Made by a program: the position numbers and the translations under genes. The notes beneath the pieces are model-generated. The model searched no databases and was not told where the DNA came from. It worked only from the letters and a program-made list of their open reading frames with translations. A stretch of DNA of 64,000 bases from Pseudonocardiales bacterium (GTDB lineage: Bacteria > Actinomycetota > Actinomycetes > Mycobacteriales > Jatrophihabitantaceae): NCBI GenBank assembly GCA_032160665.1, contig JAVHVH010000129.1, positions 6,621-70,620 on the forward strand. Direction: 5' to 3'. Positions 19,475-27,104 of this stretch are shown piece by piece; position 1 is the stretch's first letter, and the number at the start of each line of letters is the position of its first letter.

Positions 19475-20284
19475 TCATGCCTGCGTTCGCGTCGCCAGGA
19501 TCACGAGGTCGAGTGACGTGTCGACGTCGCGCTCGCTGGCGGGCAGCACCTCGAAATCGGCGGCCGTGATCGATGTGACGTCGGCCCGGAGTCCCGCGCT
19601 CCACTCGTCCGGCGGCGCCGCGAGCTGCGCGTCGACGAACGACCGGTCGTAGGCGGCGTCCAGGGCGGCAAGTCTCGGCCCGGCGTGCAGCCCGTGGACG
19701 GCCGTCGACTCGAAGCCGCACGTCTCGAGTAGCGCGACCAGCTCCGCGGCGGTGAACTCCCTGGTGTGAAAGGGGTTCACCGGCTCGTCGAGTCCAGGCG
19801 AGAACGTCAGCCGGTTGGGCGTCGTCACGAACAGCAGCCCGCCCGGGCGCAGGACACGGAGGCATTCCGCGACGAACTCGGGGTGGTTCCACACATGCTC
19901 GATCACCTGCAGCGTCGCGAGCACATCCACCGATTCGGTCGCGACCGGTAGGGCGGCGAGGTTGCCGCGGACGAACTGGGCCCCTGGGTAGGTGGCCGCG
20001 GCGTGGGCGATCGTGGCGGCGTCGTAGTCGACGCCCAGGATCCGATCGGCTCCCGATGCCAGCCGGGCCGTCCCGTAGCCCTCGCCACAACCCACCTCGA
20101 GCACCTGTCCGCGCACGTGGGCGAGTGCGTACTCGTAGGCGATTTCGTGTCGGCGGAACCAGTAGTTCTCCTCCGGGATGCCCGGCACGGTGCGCTCGCC
20201 CGTCAGGGGCAAAACTCCCGTATTTCCTGACTTCAATGCGCCGATGACGTCGTCTCCCGCCGCGTGTCGGTCCCGATGACTCAT
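19475..20284 (-). CDS. Class I SAM-dependent methyltransferase (Rv3030-like, MGLP-type)
   Basis: LPLTGERTVPGIPEENYWFRRH, LEVGCGEGYG, QVIEHVW, TPNRLTFSPG, NPFHTRE; start uncertain (ATG 20284 or TTG 20212). Confidence 0.9.
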   Translation of the reverse strand: MSHRDRHAAGDDVIGALKSGNTGVLPLTGERTVPGIPEENYWFRRHEIAYEYALAHVRGQVLEVGCGEGYGTARLASGADRILGVDYDAATIAHAAATYPGAQFVRGNLAALPVATESVDVLATLQVIEHVWNHPEFVAECLRVLRPGGLLFVTTPNRLTFSPGLDEPVNPFHTREFTAAELVALLETCGFESTAVHGLHAGPRLAALDAAYDRSFVDAQLAAPPDEWSAGLRADVTSITAADFEVLPASERDVDTSLDLVILATRTQA

Positions 20285-20479
20285 GTCAAGATGCCCGCTG
20301 GGTTGAGTCGCTGACTTATCTGGTTTTTCTCGCTCAACGACGGGCTGCCCTCGAGGTTTTTGATCTTGGTGCCGGACAGGCGGGCGCGGACCCTCCGCGG
20401 AGTTCCTTTCGGCGTCGGCGATGGAACGGGAAGCGTAATGCTGAAGATACAAACACACCGCGCTACAGCAGGTAGTCGT

Positions 20480-20720
20480 CGAGCCCTCGGACACGGACAG
20501 CGGGACATCACGCCGGCGCGAACCTGGCGGCGAGGTGCTGGTGGGGGCGCCCACCTCCTCGCTCGACATCGAGTCGGCGCCGGTGGTGATCTTCTCGACC
20601 GCCTTCACGGGCCACAGCACGTCGATGCCGGCCGTGGTGAACGAGCCACCGACCCGCTGCGAGCGCGGCGCGGACCAGCTCGACGCCCCCGTAGCCGAAA
20701 GTTCGACCTGTACTTGAGGG
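20480..20720 (-). pseudogene. Probable coding remnant with no recognisable family
   Basis: Nearly all third positions are G/C in the minus frame over about 80 codons (VQVELSATG...GIDVLWPVKAVEKITTG); flanks lack codon bias; no clear start. Confidence 0.35.
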
Positions 20721-21086
20721 TGGTTCAGCTGAACCGCCCCCGATTGAACCGCGCTGGATGGGCGACCACATTGCCGGCCTGGTCTTGGTGACCGGTCACC
20801 GAGGGCGTATCCCTTGCCGCGCGGGCGTTGCCGGGCCGTGCCGACGCATCCAGCCGAGGTGGTTCGTCGGCAGGCAGGCGTGTCGCCCGACCCCGTCGGA
20901 GCGCGGGACGTTCGACAGGGTGTGATTCACGTAAAGAGGGGGCTACGCTACGTGCGGGTCCGATTACGGTCAGCATGAGACCGGGTCGCGTCCCATCATT
21001 GTCGGAGGGCGGACCGTGCCCGTCGCCGTCCCCGCTCGCGCTCGGCGCGGGTGGTGGTCAGATGCGCGGGTTAGGGCGGTAGAGAG

Positions 21087-22985
21087 TTGTTGGCGTCGAC
21101 TGCGTCCGATGCGGTGGTGCAAGGGCTCCTCGCCGCGGCCCCGCTCGCACTGCTTGCGGTCGATGACGACGGCACGATCCTCTTCGCCAACGATTACACC
21201 GAACAACTCTTCGGCTGGCCGCGAGCCGAGCTGGTGGGTCAGCCGGTCGAGTGCCTCGTTCCGGATGGAGTGGTGGGGCGGCACATCGAATTGCGCCGCG
21301 GCCACGAGCCCGCCGCGGCCGCCCGATCGTCTGAGGCGGGGCCGGGGCTCTGCGGCCGCCGCCGCGACGGGTCGCTGTTCCCAGCCGAGATCAGCTTGAA
21401 CACCTTCCAGACCGCCGAGGGCATGGTCGTCGCGGTCGCGGTCGGGGACGCCACCGTCTCGCGTCGCCGGGAGTCCCGGTTCCGCGCGCTGCTGGCATCC
21501 GCGCCGGACGCGACGATCGGCGTCGATGCGTCGGGGCGGATCGAGCTGGTCAACGCGCAGGCGGAACGGCTGTTCGGCTGGGCGGCGGCCGAGTTGGTCG
21601 GCGAACCGGTCGAGGTACTCGTCCCGAGCGGAATCCGCGATCGGCTCGTTGAGTACGGCACCAGTTATCGGGCCGACCCGCCGGGGCGCCCAACTGCGTC
21701 GAGCTTGCAGCTGTCGGCGCTGGGCAAGGACGGTGAGATGTTCCCGGCCGAGATCATGTTGAGCGCGGTCCCCGACGAGGGCGGCAAACTCCTGGTGCTC
21801 GCCGCGGTCCGCGACATCCGCGAGCGGATCGAGGTCGATGCCGAACGCCAGCGTCATGCTCTCGAGGCCCAGCGCGGGCAGTCCGATCGACTCGAGAGTC
21901 TCGGTGAACTCGCGGGAGGAGTGGCGCACGACTTCAACAACCTGCTCGGCGTCATCCTGAACTACGTGGTGCTGACCGCCCGCCGGGTCGAGGACCCCGT
22001 CGCGGTGGCCGACCTGGGTGAGATCCGGGCCGCGGCGCAGCGCGGTGCCGCGCTGACGCGCCAACTCCTGACCTTCGCCCGTCGTGATCCAGTGAACCGA
22101 GAGCCCCTCAACGTGGGCACCATCGTGCGCGGCGTGGGCTCCATGCTGGGACGCACGCTGGGCGAGGACATCGACCTGCAGTTGGAGCTCGGCGATACGC
22201 CAGTGATCGCGACGTGTGATCGCAGCCAGCTCGAGCAGATCCTGATGAACCTGGCGATCAACGCTCGGGACGCCATGCCGGCCGGGGGCCGGCTCACCAT
22301 CGCCGCCGGCTACGTCACCGAAGAGGACGGGTTGCACCGGCGCATGGTCCAGGTCAGCGTGAGCGATACCGGCACTGGTATGGCCGCGGACGTCATCGCC
22401 CGGGCCTTCGAACCGTTCTTCTCGACCAAGGCGCGTGGGCGGGGCACCGGTCTGGGTCTCGCGACCGTGTACGGGATCGTGCGCCAGAACGAGGGAGACG
22501 TGCACATCCGTTCTGTCGTGGACGAGGGGACCACCGTCCGGGTGCGGTTGCCCGGTGCCGGTGTGGTCACTGATGCCGCCCGCGATGAGCTGGCCAAGGC
22601 CGTGGAGTTCCCGGCCCCGCACGTGCACGCCCGGGGCCACGAGCGGATCTTGTTGGTGGAGGACGAGGCCGCATTGCGCGTGGGCACGTCGCGTCTGCTC
22701 GCGGAGTCGGGCTACGACGTGGTCGTCGCGGTGGACGGCGTCGAGGCCCTCGAGGTCTTCGACCTCGACCCGGGCTCGTTCGATCTGGTCCTGACCGACG
22801 TGGCCATGCCGCGCATGCCCGGTGATGAGCTCGCTCGGCAACTGAAGGCCCGTTCCTCCGGTGTGCCCGTCATCATGATGACGGGGTACGACACCGGCAC
22901 CGCGCCGCGCAGCGGGCAAGTGCTGGCCAAGCCCGTGGGCGAGAAGAAGCTCCTGGAAACCATTCGGGACGTTCTCGATGACTGA
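21087..22985 (+). CDS. Hybrid sensor histidine kinase: PAS-PAS-HisKA-HATPase-REC (CckA-like)
   Basis: Two PAS repeats, H-box GGVAHDFNNLL, NLAINARDAM, DTGTGM, GTGLGL, C-terminal receiver (LVEDE, LTDVAMP, KP). Confidence 0.93.
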   Translation: MLASTASDAVVQGLLAAAPLALLAVDDDGTILFANDYTEQLFGWPRAELVGQPVECLVPDGVVGRHIELRRGHEPAAAARSSEAGPGLCGRRRDGSLFPAEISLNTFQTAEGMVVAVAVGDATVSRRRESRFRALLASAPDATIGVDASGRIELVNAQAERLFGWAAAELVGEPVEVLVPSGIRDRLVEYGTSYRADPPGRPTASSLQLSALGKDGEMFPAEIMLSAVPDEGGKLLVLAAVRDIRERIEVDAERQRHALEAQRGQSDRLESLGELAGGVAHDFNNLLGVILNYVVLTARRVEDPVAVADLGEIRAAAQRGAALTRQLLTFARRDPVNREPLNVGTIVRGVGSMLGRTLGEDIDLQLELGDTPVIATCDRSQLEQILMNLAINARDAMPAGGRLTIAAGYVTEEDGLHRRMVQVSVSDTGTGMAADVIARAFEPFFSTKARGRGTGLGLATVYGIVRQNEGDVHIRSVVDEGTTVRVRLPGAGVVTDAARDELAKAVEFPAPHVHARGHERILLVEDEAALRVGTSRLLAESGYDVVVAVDGVEALEVFDLDPGSFDLVLTDVAMPRMPGDELARQLKARSSGVPVIMMTGYDTGTAPRSGQVLAKPVGEKKLLETIRDVLDD

Positions 22986-23649
22986 GCAGGTCCGGGATCG
23001 GATCGGCGTCCTGATCATCGACGACCACCGGATGTTCGCGGACAGCCTGGCGCGGCTGCTCGCCGACGAGGACGACATGGCGGTGCTCGGGATCGCGTCC
23101 GACGGCGACGAGGGCGTCCGGCTGGCCGTCGCGCTCGATCCGCAGGTCGTACTCGTCGACTACCGCATGCCGCTCCAGGACGGCATCGCCGTAGCGACCA
23201 ATATCAAGTCACGCGTACCGGACGCCATGATCGTGATGCTGACCGGCATGGCGGATGACAAGGTGCTGCTCGCGGCACTGGAAGCCGGCTGCTCGGGCTA
23301 CCTCACGAAGGACCGAGCCGCGAGCGAGGTCGCCAACGCCGTGCGCGTGGCGGCGGCGGGGGAGGCGCTCGTGTCGTCGCGCGACCTGGCCATCCTGCTG
23401 TCGAGGTTCACCCGCAACCACCACTCGGTCGGCAACGATTTGACCGACCGGGAACGCCAGATCCTGGTGCTCCTCTCGCGCGGGATGGCCAACCGGGCGA
23501 TCGCCGAAGATCTGCATTTGAGCATCAACACCGTCCGCAATTACGTGCAGGCCATCCTGATCAAGCTCGACGCCCATTCCAAACTCGAAGCCGTGGCGAC
23601 CGGGGTTCGGGAAGGCGTCATCGAATATCCGTCCGGGCTGGACGGCTGA
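22978..23649 (+). CDS. NarL/LuxR family response regulator
   Basis: LIIDDH, LVDYRMP, LTK, then LTDRERQIL...NRAIAEDLHLSINTV HTH; overlaps the kinase stop. Confidence 0.93.
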   Translation: MTEQVRDRIGVLIIDDHRMFADSLARLLADEDDMAVLGIASDGDEGVRLAVALDPQVVLVDYRMPLQDGIAVATNIKSRVPDAMIVMLTGMADDKVLLAALEAGCSGYLTKDRAASEVANAVRVAAAGEALVSSRDLAILLSRFTRNHHSVGNDLTDRERQILVLLSRGMANRAIAEDLHLSINTVRNYVQAILIKLDAHSKLEAVATGVREGVIEYPSGLDG

Positions 23650-23764
23650 CGTATTAGCGTCGTCCACTAATGCAGATGCACTATGCCGGACGATGCAGAT
23701 GATGGGGCCAATTATGGTGTCGACTGCTCTGCGCGGAGGTGCCCGCGCCACCTAGTGTCTTACT

Positions 23765-23911
23765 CAAGGCGCTACCTTCCACAGCCCCCGCGAAGGGCGC
23801 GCCGAGCAGTTTCTCGTTAGTGCAAGCCGGTAACACCCCCGCCGCCGGCCGACCACCTACCGAGAGACAACGGAATTAGCCCCTCTTGCGATCTGCAAGT
23901 GGGGCTTTTCC
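23765..23911 (+). ncRNA. Candidate small RNA: two hairpins with CCCCCGC loops plus an intrinsic terminator
   Basis: CCTTC/GAAGG stem (loop CACAGCCCCCGC), GCCGG/CCGGC stem (loop TAACACCCCCGCCG), terminator at 23878-23911, TAGTGT -10-like hexamer at 23753. Confidence 0.5.
23878..23911 (+). terminator. Intrinsic terminator
   Basis: AGCCCC-t-CTTGC-gatct-GCAAG-t-GGGGCT followed by TTTCC. Confidence 0.7.
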
Positions 23912-23927
23912 TTGTGCCGGCCCAACT

Positions 23928-23992
23928 GCCCGGGCCCACCCGACTAAATGCCCGGGTCGGCCCGACCAAATACCCGGGCCCTTTGCCCGGAT
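23928..23992. repeat. Imperfect direct repeats with 22-bp period
   Basis: gcccgggcccacccgactaaat / gcccgggtcggcccgaccaaat / acccgggccc... Confidence 0.65.
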
Positions 23993-24134
23993 GCGCCTAG
24001 CTCAGTATCCGGAGGGCCATTTACCCCAGCTAACACGATGCGCATTGCTCATGTACTCAGCGTCCTTTCCGGGGAGTATTTCCATTGGCTAGATAAGCCG
24101 ATACAAATACGCGTCGAGAGGCCGGTGTTACGTC

Positions 24135-24731
24135 ATGTCGACACCTTTCAATTCCCAGATTCTCCCGTCCCGCCCGGTCCGCCTGCGTCCCTGGCTGCTT
24201 CCCGGCCGCCGGCTGCTGTCCGCCCTCACCGCGCTGGCCGCGGCAGCGGCCCTGCTGGTCGCTCCGCAGTTGACCACGCCGGCTTCGGCGATCACCTACG
24301 ACAGCGTCACCGCGCAGACGTTCGCCAAGCGGATGCTGACCCTCATGAACACCGAGCGGCACAACAACGGCCGCCCCTACCTGCAGATGAACTACAAGCT
24401 CGTCCTCTCCGCCCACCGGCACAACCTGACCATGGCCGGGGCCAACGTCATGTCGCACCAGTTGGCCGGCGAGGCCTTCTTCGCCACCCGCATCAGCCGG
24501 GCTGGATACGCCTGGCGCATGGCCGGCGAGAACGTCGGCTGGAACTCGGAGATGACCACGACCGGCCTGCTCTCCTTGCAGAAGGAGATGTTCAACGAGC
24601 GGCTCCCGGGCGAGATCGGGCACCGGCAGAACATCCTCAATCGCAACTTCAAGAACGTCGGGATCGACGTCTACTTCGACCTGCGACACCACAAAGTCTG
24701 GTTCACCCAGGACTTCGGCCAGCCTGCATGA
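24135..24731 (+). CDS. Secreted CAP (SCP/CRISP/PR-1) domain protein
   Basis: Signal peptide ending TPASA, MLTLMNTERH, AHRHNLTM, GENVG, GHRQNIL, WFTQDFG. Confidence 0.9.
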   Translation: MSTPFNSQILPSRPVRLRPWLLPGRRLLSALTALAAAAALLVAPQLTTPASAITYDSVTAQTFAKRMLTLMNTERHNNGRPYLQMNYKLVLSAHRHNLTMAGANVMSHQLAGEAFFATRISRAGYAWRMAGENVGWNSEMTTTGLLSLQKEMFNERLPGEIGHRQNILNRNFKNVGIDVYFDLRHHKVWFTQDFGQPA

Positions 24732-24751
24732 GAGACGCGCTCATCCAGGCA

Positions 24752-24796
24752 AGCCCGTCCGCCGCTCCGGAACCGAAGCGGCGGACGGGTTTTTTT
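24752..24796 (+). terminator. Rho-independent terminator of the CAP gene
   Basis: gcccgtccgccgct...agcggcggacgggt followed by a T run. Confidence 0.88.
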
Positions 24797-24824
24797 GGCG
24801 TCTTTTCGGGACCCGATTCCGTGG

Positions 24825-25604
24825 TCAGGAGAAGTGGGTGATCGGCCGCGGCAGGCGCTCGCCATCGAGGATCACGTCCACCTTCTCGTTGTAGAAGGCG
24901 ACGAGCCCGGCGATCGGGAGCACTTCGCGGGTCGGGAAGTCGTACGTCCAGGCGACGTCCTCGTACGTCGTGTCGCCGATGCGGGCGGACCAGTAGCCAC
25001 TCGTCGTCCCCTTGTACGGACAGGCGGTCACCGTGTCGGTCGCTTCGAGATGCTCGAAGTGCAGCTCGGTCCGATTGAGGTAGTACCGCGTCGGCAAACC
25101 GGTCTCGAACACGAGCACCGGAGAGCTTGATTCGGCCAGGACCACGCCGTCCAGTTCGATGCGTACCCGCCGGTTCGAACGCACCGCGTCGACACGGCTG
25201 TAGGGGTTGCGCGGATGCACGAAGATCTGTTCGTCCTCCTCGTACCACGCGTCGAGGGCCGCCCAGTCGAGCCGGGCCATCCCGGCCAGGCCGGGGATAG
25301 CGTCCTCGCCGTAGACGCGTACGGACTCCGGCCGCGAGGTCGCGCCGACCCGCAGGCCGTACCGGCGGGCGGTACCCCGTTTGAGTCGCTGGGCGTGGTC
25401 CTCGTCGACCAACGCCTCGGGATCGATGTCTGCGACCGGGATGTAGAGCTGCGGATACGGCGGCCACTCCCACACGTAGAGCGCGCGAGTCGTGTCGAGC
25501 ACCACCCGGTCGTTGAGCATCGCTCGGATCCGGCGGGGGACCGGCTCGATGTGGTCGACCGGGATGATCGCCTGCGGGTAGTCGGGCACGGGCTCCTCCG
25601 TCAT
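24825..25604 (-). CDS. DUF427 domain protein (two tandem domains)
   Basis: HPRNPYSRVD, LVFETGLPTRYY, CPYKG...YWS, FYNEKVD. Confidence 0.88.
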   Translation of the reverse strand: MTEEPVPDYPQAIIPVDHIEPVPRRIRAMLNDRVVLDTTRALYVWEWPPYPQLYIPVADIDPEALVDEDHAQRLKRGTARRYGLRVGATSRPESVRVYGEDAIPGLAGMARLDWAALDAWYEEDEQIFVHPRNPYSRVDAVRSNRRVRIELDGVVLAESSSPVLVFETGLPTRYYLNRTELHFEHLEATDTVTACPYKGTTSGYWSARIGDTTYEDVAWTYDFPTREVLPIAGLVAFYNEKVDVILDGERLPRPITHFS

Positions 25605-26341
25605 CGGGCAAGCAACGCCTCGAAGCGCTGCGCAAACAAGTAGCTGTCACCGGGCCAGCGCGCCGAGACATAGTTGCCGTCCTCGACGACGAAGGCGTTG
25701 CGGTGATCGGTCCGGGTGCCGCGGCGAGTGGTGAGTGGGCCCCGCTCGAACTGGGCCGGGTCGGCGAGGGTGGCCACCACCTCATCCTGCACGTAGGCCG
25801 GATACGTGCGGTAGTAGCGGCCGAGCCGCCAGGCCGTTGCGAAGTAGCCGCTGCGCTCCATGTACTTCGGCAGGCACGTCGTGCGCCGGTCGGCCAGCAC
25901 GCTCGCCCCGGTGCTGGAGTCGGTGCTGCGGGCGAGGACGAGCACGCCGTGACAGATCGCCCCGACCGGCCGGTCGGTGGCCCAGAAATTCGCGATCACG
26001 CGCTGCAGTTCGGCCGAGCCGAGGTACTGGCGCATGCCCGGCGCGTGGCCGCCGGGCAACAGCAGCCCGTCGATCTCGGCGATTTCCAGTCCACCCCAGC
26101 TCATCGGGGATGTGAACCCGGCGGCGTTGCTCAACTCGCGATAGAACTCGATCGGCTCCGGGTCGGCGCCGAGTCGTCCGAACAGCACGCCGTCGAGCAG
26201 GCGGTGATCGCAGTGCGGAGGTGCGCCGCCGCGCTCGGTCGCAAACACGACGTCGTGACCGGCGTCGGTGAGCAACCGCCACGGGACCGCGACCTCGGTA
26301 GTGTCGAAGTCGGCGTCCGGGAGCGGGATCAGCACCCTCAT
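25601..26341 (-). CDS. DJ-1/PfpI (class I GATase-like) protein
   Basis: DFDTTEVAVPW, LLLPGGH, GAICHGVLVL, SARWPGD. Confidence 0.87.
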   Translation of the reverse strand: MRVLIPLPDADFDTTEVAVPWRLLTDAGHDVVFATERGGAPPHCDHRLLDGVLFGRLGADPEPIEFYRELSNAAGFTSPMSWGGLEIAEIDGLLLPGGHAPGMRQYLGSAELQRVIANFWATDRPVGAICHGVLVLARSTDSSTGASVLADRRTTCLPKYMERSGYFATAWRLGRYYRTYPAYVQDEVVATLADPAQFERGPLTTRRGTRTDHRNAFVVEDGNYVSARWPGDSYLFAQRFEALLAR

Positions 26342-26370
26342 GAACACGATCCTCGCGCATACTCCCTGGC

Positions 26371-27015
26371 ATGTTGCTGGTCGCGCACCGGACGCCGCCG
26401 ACCGCTGCTGGCTGCGCACAACTCGTCGCGGCCGGCGCCGGAGCGTTCGAGCTCGACGTCCAGCTGGCGGGCGCAGAAGTCGTGGTGTCGCATTACCTAC
26501 CGTTCCTCCGCGTGCGCGGGTGGCTGCAGCACGACAGCTGGCGCTTCCGCTGGCGTGCTGGCCCGCCGCACGACGCGTTGTTGCTCGACGCCGTCGACCG
26601 CCTTCCCGCCGACTGCCTCGTCCTGCTCGACCCGAAGGACACCGACTCGCTCAGGCGGGCGGCATTGGTCGATGCGCTCGCCCGCACGCTTGGCCCGGCG
26701 GACCGCTTCCGGGTCAGTACCGACCGCTGCGATGATCTTGCCCGTTATCGGGACGCCGGGTTTCGCACGTGGCGCACGATCAAGGACGGCCGCGATCTGC
26801 ACGGCGTCGTTACCGGCGCGGAGTTGCCCGACGACGGCGTGTCGGTGCGGCACACCCTGCTCACGGCGGCGTCCGTGGACGGGCTGCGCCAGGTGACAGG
26901 CCGGGTCGTGGCGTGGACGGTCAACGACGTCGTCCGGGCCGAACAGCTGGCCGCCCTTGGCGTCGACGGCATCACAACCGATCGCCTCGACGTGATGCGA
27001 GCGGTCGTCGGTTGA
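26371..27015 (+). CDS. Glycerophosphodiester phosphodiesterase family protein
   Basis: VAHR, FELDVQL, VAWTVND, GVDGITTD. Confidence 0.8.
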   Translation: MLLVAHRTPPTAAGCAQLVAAGAGAFELDVQLAGAEVVVSHYLPFLRVRGWLQHDSWRFRWRAGPPHDALLLDAVDRLPADCLVLLDPKDTDSLRRAALVDALARTLGPADRFRVSTDRCDDLARYRDAGFRTWRTIKDGRDLHGVVTGAELPDDGVSVRHTLLTAASVDGLRQVTGRVVAWTVNDVVRAEQLAALGVDGITTDRLDVMRAVVG

Positions 27016-27057
27016 CACCGGCCGCCCTGCGGTGCGGTTATCGCGGCTCTTACCTAG

Positions 27058-27074
27058 TTGCCACTCAGTTGCAA
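27058..27074. promoter_or_regulatory. Nur box (nickel uptake regulator site)
   Basis: TTGCCA-CTCAG-TTGCAA matches tTGCaa-N5-ttGCAA, 30 nt upstream of the NiCoT start. Confidence 0.72.
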
Positions 27075-27104
27075 TAGGCGACGCGTCCCGTCTACGGTCG
27101 GGAT

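Noticed and set aside
20445-20717. + frame peptide vaguely like a degenerate receiver or STAS domain (LDIESAP, ERGADQL)
   Set aside because: It shares GC3 positions with the minus-strand remnant, reads like a shadow, and lacks key residues and a start.
23928-23992. CRISPR array
   Set aside because: Contiguous degenerate repeats, no spacers, no cas genes.
23940-24040. c-di-AMP (ydaO) riboswitch upstream of the CAP gene
   Set aside because: Only CAGCTAAC resembles it; the GGGGAACC, GAATCC and pseudoknot elements are absent.
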